64,000 nt of DNA from Octopus vulgaris (Eukaryota), in assembly GCA_951406725.2 (NCBI GenBank), contig OX597825.1, forward strand, positions 52,948,001 through 53,012,000. Reading direction: 5' to 3'. Below are positions 1 through 12,559 of the stretch, piece after piece. Every line of letters starts with the position of its first letter. The stretch's first letter is position 1. The notes beneath the pieces were generated by a model. It was not told the origin of the DNA. It searched no databases and was given only the letters and a program-made list of their open reading frames with translations. The position numbers and the translations under genes were made by a program.

Positions 1-40
1 GTTCCAGCATGACCGCAGTCAAATGAGTGAAGAGTAAGAG
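1..40 (+). mobile_element. 3' tail of SINE family A (truncated by window edge)
   Basis: ttccagcatgaccgcagtcaaatgagtgaa matches the 3' end of the copies at 2140-2190, 34563-34613 and 37943-37995. Confidence 0.75.
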
Positions 41-324
41 TATATATATATATATCTATACAAGCCTAAAAATTGCATGCGTATACACAGAGCAGGTAAA
101 CACATCCAACATAGATACACACATAGACATAAAACATATGCACACTGACACAGACACACACACACACACAATGTAGACATCTGTAGTATTGACACCCCAT
201 CAAAGAAGAGCTGACTCGAGTTTGACAAGATTCTTCAAGATTGTAACCACGTTGTATATCAAATATAGTGTCCTTCTCTGTACTTCTTATAAAGGCACAT
301 ACATTATTGTTTAAGGTTTGGGGG

Positions 325-545
325 ACCAACATTCGTGAGGTTTTGAGTTCGAATCTTGTAATGAACTGTACGATGCGTCTTTGAGTAAGTTAGTTAATGA
401 CACCTTATTCCGGTATAATCAACTGACAAAAATAAAGAGGGAACGAATGGTGCCCTGTTTAAGAGAATATCTGTCTCTCAACATAAATGCCTAGGAAATC
501 CAGATAAGCTCGAGCCTCAAGAGTTTGTTGGGTTGAGGCAGACAA
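325..545 (+). mobile_element. Highly decayed tRNA-derived CORE-type SINE
   Basis: B-box-like gagttcgaatct followed by gcgtctttgagtaag, weakly similar to the copies at 2490 and 31750. Confidence 0.4.
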
Positions 546-740
546 AATTTCTGTAACTTTTGACTCATTAGTTAAAATCGTATCTAATCATATCACATTT
601 ATGATTCCTATTACATAGTGATTGCAAATTTGAAAAGTTAAAATTAAAATGTCCTTAAATTTATGAAATAACATCATCAATTGAACCATATTTTGTCCGG
701 CGTGCAAACGATTCTTCCAGCTAGTTGCCTTGACAAATAT

Positions 741-822
741 GGTGATGATGATGATGAGTAATATGATAATGATAATAATGATGATGATGATGATAATTAT
801 AATATTAATGATAATAATAATA

Positions 823-873
<51 letters not shown>

Positions 874-890
874 GTGGTGATGATGATGAT
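741..890 (+). repeat. (ATG)n/(ATA)n compound microsatellite
   Basis: Directly visible. Confidence 0.95.
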
Positions 891-1419
891 ATCAATAGGA
901 CTGTTATCAAAAGAAGATTGAATAGAGATGGTAATATATGATACAGAAGAGCACGTTAGAAGCAACTCAGGAAGACTCATTTCAGCAGCCAGAGGAGAGG
1001 AGAAAGATGCTATGGAGACGGAAAATGAATACGAGAAAAGAAGCAAACAGGATTGAGAAAGGAACGACTGGTGAAAAGAACTTCACGGTCAGTATCTCAG
1101 ACAAACGAATGACTCCATCAACGGGCAACAAAGGAACCACACAGATCCCCAACAACAGACTGATATACAAACACAACAACATCAACTAAACACACTCACC
1201 ACAAAGCGATAAGAAACATAAACAGAATTTGATGTCTTTCATCGCTAAAAGAAAAGCATTGTAACAGGGAAAGAGGTATTCAAGTGCTACAATTTCAAAG
1301 TGTCACGAAATTTGGAAATAATAATACTGGACTTGGGGACCAGAAATATTGAGAGAGAATTTCCCTAATGATTTTGCAAGTTCGAACGTAAATGCCAGCA
1401 CTAATCTCTTAGTAATTAA

Positions 1420-1630
1420 CCTTTCTACGATAAGCACAAAGTCTAAAATTTTGGAGGTGGGGGATAGTCGATTATATGAGCCCTAGTACTTGACCGATAC
1501 TTAATTTGTGGTCTCCGAAAGGATGAAAGACAAACTGGACCTTGCTGAAATTTGAACTCAGAACGTGAAGACGGATGAAAGGCCGCTAGGCATTTGCCCG
1601 GCGTGTTAAAGATTCTGTCATCTAGCTGCC
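1420..1630 (-). mobile_element. SINE family B (tRNA-derived)
   Basis: Reverse strand reads gagttcaaatttcagcaaggtccagtttgtctttcatcctttcggagacc, homologous to the copies at 16331, 21245, 43105, 53761, 54896 and 63125. Confidence 0.8.
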
Positions 1631-1642
1631 TTTAGGCTCGTA

Positions 1643-1660
1643 TAATAATAATGATAACAC

Positions 1661-1755
<95 letters not shown>
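1643..1755 (+). repeat. (AAT)n microsatellite
   Basis: Directly visible. Confidence 0.95.
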
Positions 1756-1756
<1 letters not shown>

Positions 1757-1758
1757 TA

Positions 1759-2194
1759 GGCGTAGGAGCAGCTGTGGTAATAGGCGTAGGAGCGGCTGTG
1801 TGGTTATAGGCGTAAGAGCGGCTGTGTGGTAAGTACCTTGCTTAGCAACCACATGGTTCCGGGTTCAGTCTCAGTGTGTGGCACCTTGGGCAAGTGTCTT
1901 CTACTATAGCCTCATGCCGACCAAATCCTTGTGAGTGGATTTGGTTGACGGAAACAGATTTATATGTATGTGTGTGTGTTTGTGTGTCTGTGTTTGTCCC
2001 CCCACCAACATCGCTTGACAACCGATGCTGGTGTGTTTACGTCCCAGTAACTTAGTGGTTCAGCAAAAGAGAACGATAAAATAAGTACTAGGTTTACAAA
2101 GTATAAGTCCTGGGGTAGATTTGCTCGATTAAAGGCGATGCTCCAGCATGGCCAAAATCAAATGACCGAATCAAGTAAAAGAGTAAAGAGTAAA
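1759..2194 (+). mobile_element. SINE family A (tRNA head, internal TA/TG microsatellite), full length
   Basis: A-box-like ggctgtgtggtaag and B-box-like gggttcagtc, conserved body accgatgctggtgtgtttacgtccc and tail ctccagcatggcc...aaatgac; several homologues in the window. Confidence 0.9.
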
Positions 2195-2489
2195 TAATAA
2201 TAATGCAAGAAACATGACTGAGAAATATAGTTAACTTTTAGTCCAGCATACTTTTATTTTAGTGTACAATAAATAGTAAATTCGTACAAAATGTAATTTT
2301 AATGTATTTTTACAAAACTGTGACGTTTAGGGTTTTAACGCATCTCTCCAACATCTCAGTCAAATCGCAAGAGTCATTTTGAGTCGGTGTGACATGTACT
2401 TTCTATCTGCATTTTCGGACTTACACTAAATTCTTTTCCGATTCTGGTGAGAATTAGAATAGCACACACGCATAGAGTGTTAATTTAAC

Positions 2490-2745
2490 GTGGAGGTGAG
2501 TGGTTTAGTGCTTAAGGAGATACACTTATGATTATAAGATTGTGGTTTCGGTTCCTGTACCGGGCGATGTGAGCCTTTCTGAGCAAAATACTTCATTTCA
2601 CGCTTCTCAATTCCAATCAGCTTGTAAAGATGAGTAATCATGCGACGGTCCGGCTTTCCGTCCAGTGGGTATTATATAGGCAACGGGGTCTGAGAAACCA
2701 GCCTGAAGAACTTATAACCCGACAAGGATCTTTGATCCTTTTGAT
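2490..2745 (+). mobile_element. CORE-type tRNA-derived SINE
   Basis: Homologous to 19490-19734(-): ctgagcaaaatacttcatttcacgcttctcaattccaatcagct...gatgagtaatcatgcgacgg. Confidence 0.75.
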
Positions 2746-3311
2746 CTTATTTCTTTTTTCTTTTTTTTTTTTACTTTAGCATATCCAACATACAAATACA
2801 ATTCTCCTTTTAGAATTTAAAAATGGAATAAATGAAAGGGGCGAATAATTTTGAAGCTTATAATAAATTTAGTTATTATTTTCAGAAATATGATTATGAC
2901 AGTAATGTAAAAATATGGTTTCTTCTTAACAGGTTTATGCGTTTCATTTAATGAATGTTATCAATAACAATAATGTTTTAGCTATAATAGTTTTAAATAA
3001 ATAGATTGTTCTGGTATGCGATTGAAACGAAAGTAAAATTTGACGTCAGATAATGAAAAAAATGAGAGAAGAAACAACAAAATGGATTCAGTTTCTGCAT
3101 GTATACAATTTGAATGTGCGTATGACAAGTTTTCGCACAAATACGCGCGCGCTTCCATACACACACATACCATACTTACATACATATTTCCATGTATACA
3201 TATATCTAAGTGTGGTAGGTATGTATACATGTGTGCGTTTATACATAAACGTACATACACATGTACATGTGTATGTTTATATATATATATAAATATAAAT
3301 ACATACATATG

Positions 3312-3361
<50 letters not shown>

Positions 3362-3397
3362 GCCCAACATATACATATACACACATATATATATATG

Positions 3398-3450
<53 letters not shown>

Positions 3451-4738
3451 GCTTATTCGTATTCATTTTTATCGATAATATGCATTGTTTCTATGCGAGA
3501 ATGTATGCAAATTTTGCATCTATAGCGCATGTAATGTATAAACAAATAAGGTTGTATATATATTATTTATTTAATGACCAATTATATTTTTGTCTATAAG
3601 ACATTTTCCACATTCAATATGGGAACCATCTTTTTCTGAATATGTTGTATATAATATTATATACAGAAGGTGAGTATATTGCATCGTTTACGTTTTTATT
3701 TTATATATGATATATTAATACCCTCTTTTTACCTGCGATTAAAGCAAAAGTAAAATTTGAAGATCGAAAAATTTTTAAATGTTGAAACAGAAATAATGAC
3801 ATATGTGTACGTACACACACATACAGACACATACATAGTCAGAAGTGTGATTGTGTGATTGTGACGTTTGCTTTCCAACAGAATGGTATTGATTTCCTAA
3901 CCACATGCATATTGGATTTCTACTTTGGCTAACTAGAACCTTGGTAGACGGAAACCTAAAGTACGCATGTCGTAAACATACATACATACATACATATATA
4001 GAAGCAACCTTTGTCATTCCTATCCAATTTTTTTAAAATCTAATATTTATATGCTATAGCTTTATTTGCTTCAGGACACTATTTCAAAATGAATAAGTTC
4101 ACGTTCATTCCATGTTTATAAGAATTCCTATGACGCCATCAATACATACATACAAGGTATTTTTGTATATATGAATATTTTGTTTTGCGTATTCTCATGC
4201 ATATAGGTGCATGTCTTGAAATGTTCATATATACTTAAATGATAAACTTCAAGAAAGTTTTACAGATTTTTACAGTTCCAGCGATAGCTTAGATCAGCAG
4301 TTTTTAATCAGCTTTCTCCTACCTGGTTTTGAGAAGCTTAATTTCTAAAGATTGGTACTTAGACAGTGTTTTATATATGTATGCATGCATAATGTATGTA
4401 TGTATGTATGTATGTATGTATGTATGTATGTACGTACGTACGTACGCACGCATGTATGTATGTATGGCTGTATGTATGCATGCCTGCATGTATGTACGTA
4501 TATATGTATGTATAGAAAATTTGAAGTTGTGTAAATATTTTGTATATTAAGAAAAAGGAGGTAGTCAGAATTTTGGATAATCATTTATTTTGCGCTTTAA
4601 TCTCGTTTCAGAGTTATTCATAAGAAATCAACCTCCCTGATAATTCTCTGAAACGAGATGAAAGTGTTAAAAAACTAATTACTTAAAATTCTAACAAAAT
4701 ATGTAAATATACATACATACATATATACATATATTTAT

Positions 4739-4825
<87 letters not shown>

Positions 4826-4830
<5 letters not shown>

Positions 4831-5135
4831 GCGCAATGTCCCAGTGGTTAGGGCAGCGGACTCGCGGTCGGAGGATCGCGGTTTCGATTCCCAGACCGGG
4901 CGTTGTGAGTGTTTATTGAGCGAAAACACCTAAAGCTCCACGAGGCTCCGGCAGGGGGTGGTGGCGATCCCTGCTGTACTCTTTCGCCACAACTTTCTCG
5001 CACTCTTTCCTCTGTTGGCTTGCTCGCTTAGCCAGCAGGGCGGCGTCATTTGAAGGCTAAAATAATGTGAAGCGCATTGTGACCAGCGATGTGTAGCAAC
5101 ATCTGATAGCCTGGTCGGTTACGGTGATCACGGTG

Positions 5136-5136
<1 letters not shown>
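4826..5136 (+). mobile_element. tRNA-derived SINE family C
   Basis: tRNA-like head gaggcgcaatgtcccagtggttagggcagcggactcgcggtcggaggatcgcggtttcgattccc with A/B boxes; middle shared with 19183-19484(-). Confidence 0.85.
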
Positions 5137-5178
<42 letters not shown>

Positions 5179-5649
5179 TACACACACACGACACACACAT
5201 ATATATCACACACAAAATAATATTTTTATGGAGGCAGCACAGGCGAAGTCGAAAAGAATATAATTAAAATGCACTTTCGAAACTTATATGAATACATGTA
5301 TTCTCTATAAAATGGAAATAAAATTCCACAATGCATAAATATATATAAATAGACAAATATCAATGCAATACATAAAACACGATTGAACTTAAGTAAAAGC
5401 GATTGAATTTAAGAAAATATTATTTGTAAGTACATTTAAAATCATAATACTGTAGTATGAAATTAAAAATTTAACTTGAAAGGATTAAGTATTAAAGAGA
5501 CATATGAAAACTAACGAAAGAAAAAATATAAAAGTCACATCTACTTCAGAGATGTGCCAAGGAATATGACATATTTCATATTATTAATCATGGCACTCCC
5601 TTCATCAGGATGTTGCATAAAGTTCATAAACATATTTACATACCAGGAA

Positions 5650-6405
5650 CGGTCAACCGGGAACTTAAAGTGCACATCGGTTCTGTACCAGCACGCCGAG
5701 CAGGAACACGGGGGCTCACTCAACAATATAGAAGTTAAAATCTTGTCCACACATAGAACAGACGCAACGCTTAGACAAATTACAGAAGATGCACACATAA
5801 AAGAAGATAAACCTAGACTGAATAGGAAACTAGAATGGAACACTAGCACACACCTCCAACTCACCACAAACTATGACAGAATAAGATCCCCATAAACTGA
5901 TAATAATACGAATATAATACAATACACAGATAAATAAATGGAATTAAATAACTATATACATTAACTAAATAAATTAAATTAAATGCAAAAATGAAAGAAA
6001 AGTTAAAGTGAGTAGATATAAACAGATGAATAAAATATTAAAAGTAAATTAAACGAACGTGTATAAACTGGGGATACTGATAATGCAGGCACATCCCTCC
6101 ACTTACTAAATGTAGAAACACACAGGGATATACGCATGCGAAAAAAAAAAGGCACATACAATAGGGATACAAAATGGCACATCATTAAAATAGAGAGACA
6201 CACAAAAAAGATAGAAGAAAGCAAAGGACCACTGATGAGATCACAGAAGTGTGACGAAAGAATCCTGGCCGAAATACAATTAATATAAAATAAAGCTGAA
6301 ACAAGTGAACGCCAAATATACAGTGCGTGTGTTTTATTGCCTAAACTGGCAACATGACCATCCCTAAATGCAACAACATCAAGAATCTTGCAAAAAATAT
6401 ATTAC
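5650..6405 (+). mobile_element. Penelope-like element 3' fragment: GIY-YIG endonuclease C-terminus plus terminal repeat with HHR-like motif
   Basis: Translation SVLYQHAEQEHGG...VKILSTH..DATLRQITEDAHIKEDKPRLNRKLEW fits the GIY-YIG C-terminal pattern (S....H....H...IL...R..E...I....P.LN); CTGATGA...GAAA at 6232-6259; ends at (TA)n. Confidence 0.75.
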
Positions 6406-6449
6406 CGTGTATATATATATATATATATATTTAATATGTGACAGTTGGT

Positions 6450-6522
6450 TGTCATAAGGAAACTCAGAGTTTCGGATGCCGGGGCTGAAGTCTGCTCACG
6501 CATCTCATCAGTTATTAAGACA
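6450..6522 (-). ncRNA. Type I hammerhead ribozyme (pLTR copy, stem I partly decayed)
   Basis: Reverse strand: taataa-CTGATGA-gatgc...gcatc-c-GAAA-ctc t gag-TT. Confidence 0.7.
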
Positions 6523-6658
6523 TACGCTATGAAAAACAACCGTTGACTAAAGGGAAATTACTGCAATAGTCATGTAGAGTACTACTTCGTTCATAGAATA
6601 CGCATATGCACACATATACACACACGTACACGTACGCACACAAATGTATGTATGTATG

Positions 6659-6703
<45 letters not shown>

Positions 6704-7915
6704 ATTTATGTATGTATATATACATACACATACAAGCGTGTGCACAAAAACAACAAAATGAAGCCTGCTGTGCCTGCTAAATGGAGCTTGCATGACCGAA
6801 GCAATCATTTATGAAGTCACCGTAGACTCTACAACCATTAAGGACATAGTTTCGACAAAGAAATATGTGGGTCTCACAGAGGGAAATTTTAAAGCCAGGT
6901 TCAACAATCAAGCCTTAACTTTCATGCACTGGGATAAAAGGAAAACAACCAAATTATCCAGTTATATATGGTCCTTAAAAGAAAAAGGTGTCAGCTATAA
7001 GATTCACCGGAAGATCTTGGCTAAGTGTAAGCCTTACACCAACGGCAGTGGAAAGTGCGGCCTTTGCGATATGGAAAGCTGACTCATCTGGATAGGTTCT
7101 TTAGACCCCGCCACAGGTCTAAATTCAAGAACTGAACTTTTTGGGTCATGTCTAAATATGGCAAAACATTTGCTACGTTTTTGTTACACCACCCAAGATC
7201 GCAGATAGAACCTGCTTTTTGTATTATGTCTACGTACAAGCCTTTCATATGTCTTAACATTTCTTATATTTCTTGCGTATATTTAATTGCTTTATATATT
7301 TTTCTGTACATTATTTTTCATCCTTTATAATTGTGTAACTGATACCAGTGTAGTATATACCTAATGTGTATGTGCGTGCATATATACATGTGTACGAATG
7401 ATTGTATATATACGAGTGCAAAACTCTACCTGTTGCACTTGTCTCCTTCCTTCATACATATATGTATGCATATACGTTTATATATCTGCAGGTGTAGATG
7501 TGCTTGACAGAGAGGAGTGTGTATTTGTGTATATACATATATAACTCATTTGTATATTCGTTTTGCGACGAATGTGAATGTTTTACGGTTAATGTTTTTT
7601 GCGTGTGTGTTTTTATTTGTATATACGTCAATCCATGTGTGTATGTGTGCGTATAGAGATGTCTATGTGAGCGTAGTGATGCGTGCATGGGTATATATGC
7701 GTGTGTATGTGCGTGTACACGTAGACATATATATATGTATATGAACACGCGTGTGTGAGTATGCATATATATATATACATACATGTGTGTGTGTGTGTGT
7801 GCATGCATGTACGTGTGTATATATGTGTGCATATGCGTATTGTATGAACGAAGTATTATTTTCCCCAGGCCTATTGTAGTAATTCCCTTTATTCAACGGT
7901 TTTTTTCATTGCGTT

Positions 7916-7988
7916 TGTCTTAATAACTGACGAGATACCGGAGCAGACTTCAGCCCCGGAATCCGAAACTCTGAGTTTTATTATGACA
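7916..7988 (+). ncRNA. Type I hammerhead ribozyme
   Basis: Stem I tgtcttaataa/ttattatgaca (10 of 11 pairs), core CTGACGA 7927-7933, stem II gat-a-ccgg/ccgg-a-atc, GAAA 7965-7968, stem III ctc-t-gag, GUU cleavage triplet. Confidence 0.85.
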
Positions 7989-8100
7989 ATGAACTAATTC
8001 TCACATATTATATTTATAGATAAATTCCTCTACTTTACGTTATATCCAGGTGTTATTCATTCTTTTGTTGTCATATTTTCATTCTTAATATATATATATA

Positions 8101-8595
8101 TCAGGTCATCCCTTGAGTTCTGTCTGTCCGAATTTTGAATAAAGAATACAAGTGATCAAATCTTATATTTAGTTGAAATTTAATCATCAATGTACATTAA
8201 CTGATTATCTATGGCTTTCTTCCATCTATTTACAAGCTTTTTAATCCCATCAATGTAAAACTCTTTTGGTTTCAAAGCGAAGAACTCTGAAATGTCAGTT
8301 TCGACCTTCTCCTGGCTTGCGAAAGTTATTTCTCCCAAATGATTCTGTAAACTACGTAACAAATGGTAGTCTGAAGGAGCTAGGTCGGGAGAATAAGGTG
8401 GTTGAGGAATTTTTTCCCAACCAAGCTCTTCGATCTTCTATGATGTGATCTTTGCAATGTGAGGCTGCGCATCGTCCTGATGAAACATCACTCCTTTTTC
8501 GATTCACTAAAGCGGTCTTTTTTCTTCAAAGCTTGATTCAAACGCTGTAATTGCTGACAGTAGACTTGAGCATTGATTGTTGCATTAGGTGGTTG
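8101..8595 (-). mobile_element. Mariner transposase C-terminal half plus 3' TIR
   Basis: Reverse translation TINAQVYCQQL...GVMFHQDDAQPH...PPYSPDLAPSDYHL...FYIDGIKKLVNRW; TIR tcaggtcatccc preceded by TA. Confidence 0.9.
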
Positions 8596-9646
8596 CAATG
8601 CGAAACCGGTCTTTATTTCAATTATGTTGAAAGACCAAAACCTTATTTTGTACAAAATAATATATCTTTATTATCATGGTTCTAACATACGCTTAAATCC
8701 TGTAAAACAAATCTGTGTTTTTTCATCTTTTCTCTTGCTCTATGTATGTCCATCACGTGTGTTTCCCCACTAAAATATCCACGTTGTATATATATATATA
8801 TATACATGAAACGATCATAGGTTTTGCTACATATGCTTCCATAGCTGAATATTGTTAAAAATAATACAATTTGGCATGCAACAATATGCAAGATTATAGA
8901 GCATCTAAAATCATGCTTTCGAAGAATGCCACTTCTTCAGGTGATAGTCCACTGGATGTTTTATAGGTAGTATGCCACCGAAGGAAGTATAGCAGCATAC
9001 GTATGTGTGTTCATGCATGTGTGTAAGTTTCTACGGGTGTGTGTGAAAAATGTATTATTACAATCACCACTGAGCCGTGTCGTAGCAAGCACAGCTGAAC
9101 AGTAGTGGATACAAGCCAGAGTTTATATATATATATATATATATATAGAAAGTATATGTATACACGTATGTATGTATATTTGTATATTTCAATAAACATC
9201 TGTATGTGTATATATACATATATACACACACACGCACACATGCACACACACATACATACACATAATATGTAATATAAACTTAGAGAAAACTGCCCGGAGA
9301 CAAAACAAAATATTTCCACATATTTACTTTTTTATAACCTTCGATTTTTTTTTATAAATGTTTAGAAGTTATTAAATGTTTTAAAGTTATTTCACTTTTA
9401 TTTATTTCAATCTTTCTTATAAATATTTCAAGTTATTTCAGCAATCTTTTTAGTCTCGTTTACATATTTCCTTATTTTATAAGTTCCACTTTTTTCTTTT
9501 TTAAAGTTAGCAAATGATACACTGGGCAATGTCATCTAATATTGGGGAAAAAAATGAAATAATATACATATTTTACATAAACAAGCAGAAAATTACCCCG
9601 AGGGTGGTATGTTTGCCAGAATGATTGAATGAATGAATGAAAAATA

Positions 9647-9661
9647 ATAATAATAATAGTA

Positions 9662-9739
<78 letters not shown>
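9647..9739 (+). repeat. (AAT)n(GTA)n microsatellite
   Basis: Directly visible. Confidence 0.95.
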
Positions 9740-10396
9740 CTCTCAATGACAAATACCGAAAGAGAGCTAATAATGTGATGTTGATAAAACCCTTACTCAA
9801 CAACGGTTGCAACAGTTGCAAATAGGCCAGACATTATACTGAAAGATTTTAGACAAAAATCATACTACGTCATTCATATAACTGTCCCAATCGACATAAA
9901 TGTATCTGTCGAGACATACCAAAATCTGAGCCAATATAAAGATCTCGGAATAGAAATTGATAAAATGTGGAACCTGAAGACTAGAATAATACATGTTGTC
10001 ATAGGCGCGCTCCAGGGATGTTATTAAAAGGTTCCTTATCTCAGATACCAGGAAATTTTTTAAAAAGAGTGCTATTGGGAACTTCTCATCTCTTAAGAAA
10101 AACATTATTTATGTAATTCCCCAAATATTTTAATGTGACTATTATCAAAACTACTTTTATATATACATGATAGCAAACATGTTTTACTATTATCTTAACA
10201 TCACATTAGCATCTTATCATCAAATTACTTTTAAAACAAACCTTTAATTTTATAATGTTTTGACTTGATACGCTCTAGAACAATACACTGTGCCAAACCA
10301 AAAGTATGGTATTTTAGTCATAATACCCACTTGAACATTTGACTTGTCTCCTGAGACTTGAAGTCAACTTGTACAAAGTAAAAACCAAACATATAT
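9740..10396 (+). mobile_element. R4/Dong-clade LINE 3' end (restriction-like endonuclease, decayed)
   Basis: Nucleotide homology to 46740-47190 (actgtcccaatcgacataaatgtatctgtc; aaaatgtggaacctgaagacta; 3' UTR ending in caacttgtacaaa); ends at (AAT)n. Confidence 0.85.
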
Positions 10397-10397
10397 A

Positions 10398-10448
<51 letters not shown>

Positions 10449-11314
10449 TTCATTTATTGGCCACCAAGGCTGACAGAGAAAACAATGCAGTAGACGTGGA
10501 TAGCGGGGGTTATACACAAAACAACAAGAACACAAAATAATAACAATAATATCAAACAAGAAGAATATAACAATGAAAGTTTCCCAGTAGGGGTAACCAC
10601 CTAGGTTTGGCTCAGGTACCACACCAATCCTGAACCACCCGACGGTTCGAGGGCACCCACCTCCTTTTGAAATTCACTAGCCTACAAGCTCATTGTCAGA
10701 GTAGGTCCACTCACAATGGCCATTTTTGCTACATTTACCCACCTTTTAGCAAATGTACTGGAAGTGGGGGTAGTAGGGCAGCACTTCTCTCTTCACCCTC
10801 AGCTTCCTTTCCCAGTGAAATTTGAAAAAGTTGATGAAAGATTGGCCGAAGAGAAAAGTGTCTGTCTTCAGTCCTTTCAACCTGATCCACCATTCAACCT
10901 TTTTCGCTACTGCTATCAGACAGAAGAAAAGTGCCTGCCTTTCCTGACCAGTGGTAGGCGGCTGATCGACCTTCACTATGGACTCGGCCGATAGCTTAAT
11001 CCGTCCTACTTGTGATAACAGCTGTTCATCATAATTCAATAAGCACGGACACTGGACGAGCGCGTGCTGCATGGCTTCCTCACTCTGTGTGCATCTCGGG
11101 CAGGGCCGTCTGACAGTACTTCCATGCCTATAGAGTTTATCTCGAACTGGCAGTGCCCCAAGGCAGCACTGTCAAGCTAGGGAATTCTGGAAGTTATCTA
11201 TCGTCCGCGGCTCGAAATTCATCCAGAAAAGACTGGTCAGTTCTACTTCGTCGACGCCTAGCGCCTCTCCGTGTGCGACATCGCTCTTTCCCTCCCTTAA
11301 CTCCCTATAGAAAG
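10449..11314 (-). mobile_element. Tx1/L1-clade LINE 3' end
   Basis: Reverse translation GALPVRDKLYRHG....CPRC..SEEAMQHALVQC (CCHC knuckle of L1/Tx1 ORF2); AATAAA followed by an (ATT)n tail. Confidence 0.8.
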
Positions 11315-11315
11315 C

Positions 11316-11352
<37 letters not shown>

Positions 11353-11354
11353 GC

Positions 11355-11447
11355 AATGCAAGAAACAGGATCGAAGCGATCAATGCTTTAGCCATACTGG
11401 TCATGACTTACAGTTTCAATATTATTAACTGGTCAATTACTGAAATT
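11355..11447 (+). mobile_element. R4/Dong-clade RT thumb fragment
   Basis: Translates as NARNRIEAINALAILVMTYSFNIINW, similar to ISYSYIILNW at ~52230. Confidence 0.65.
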
Positions 11448-12516
11448 CTTTATTCACCATGTTAATATTCTTCAACTCTGCAGACACTTGTTACTCTATT
11501 TATAATGGACAATAATAACAACAAGCAAGATACTTCAATAATCGCAATTATAAGTGAAATTATACTTAGTTCATTACTCCTTCCCACATGTATAACAGCC
11601 ACATGTTCCATAATTAATATCTCTATTCCTTCATCACTCTGAAAATCGGAATCCTTGAAAGTCGACCTTGAACTCTGTTACTATTTCAAGTCAGAAACTA
11701 TTTACAAGGACAGATACAGTCACACACACTGTAATACGATGTTTCTCATGCGATGCTTGATTCAAATTACTGTATTTCTAGGGTTTACTTTATCCACCCC
11801 AACCTATATTTTTTTTAATTTATTTCATTGATGAAGAATGAAACAGAAGCGTCAACACATATTCCGAACATCATTTCTGTAGAGAAACTACAAACAGTTG
11901 CAATATAAAAAACTATACAGTGACTCTGGTCTTCCTCATTATGCCACTGGTATTTAATTATCTAGCTTCTCCATATATACACTTATATATATAAATACTT
12001 CTTCAGATTGAAACGTTGAAACTATATATATATATATACCGAATTGTGAGTCATCTGGTTTGGTGCTCGTGTTACAAGACATTATCGCTCTCCCCTTCCC
12101 AGTAATTGTAAAAGAATATAATATTGTTTACGGTATTTCTTCGTAATAATTATTTCTAAGAGAATGGTAATTTTATGTTTGAAAAATTCAATTGTGTATT
12201 TGATAAATCGATATAATTGTGATGGAGAAATAAATGTCTTGAGAAAGAACTCTGATTTTTGCGGTGGGGGATAGTCTTTAAGAATGGTCTGGTGTAACAG
12301 AGACTGTGTATCGAAGGGTATAGATAATGACAGAGGTATGTGTGCGTTTGTGTGTGTATGTGTGCAGATTGTTGGGAGAATGAAAGGAGGTGTGAATATG
12401 TGACAGAGTTTGAGTGTATCATAGATTATGGGGTGTAACTAAGGGGTGTGTGGAGTGTGTCAGGTTGAAAGGGAGTGAGTGTAAGCGTGCGTGTGCCTGT
12501 GTTTGTGTGTTTTTGC

Positions 12517-12554
<38 letters not shown>

Positions 12555-12559
12555 ACGCG

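Larger units (their letters stand above)
6432..8010 (+). mobile_element. Penelope-like element with GIY-YIG endonuclease remnant and inverted pseudo-LTRs
   Basis: ORF 6792-7082 reads IIYEVTV...YVGLTEGNFKARFNN...TKLSSYIWSLK...CGLC and continues past a stop as LNSRTELFGSC; 6432-6640 is an inverted copy of 7800-8010. Confidence 0.9.

Noticed and set aside
4826-4900. tRNA gene (also 19410-19484, 19660-19734, 32015-32089)
   Set aside because: Acceptor and T stems do not close, and each continues into a SINE body.
8906-8946. Minus-strand CTGAAGA…CGAAAgcatg as a hammerhead
   Set aside because: Stem II is marginal and there is no valid NUH site in register with stem I; it may be a relic but cannot be supported.
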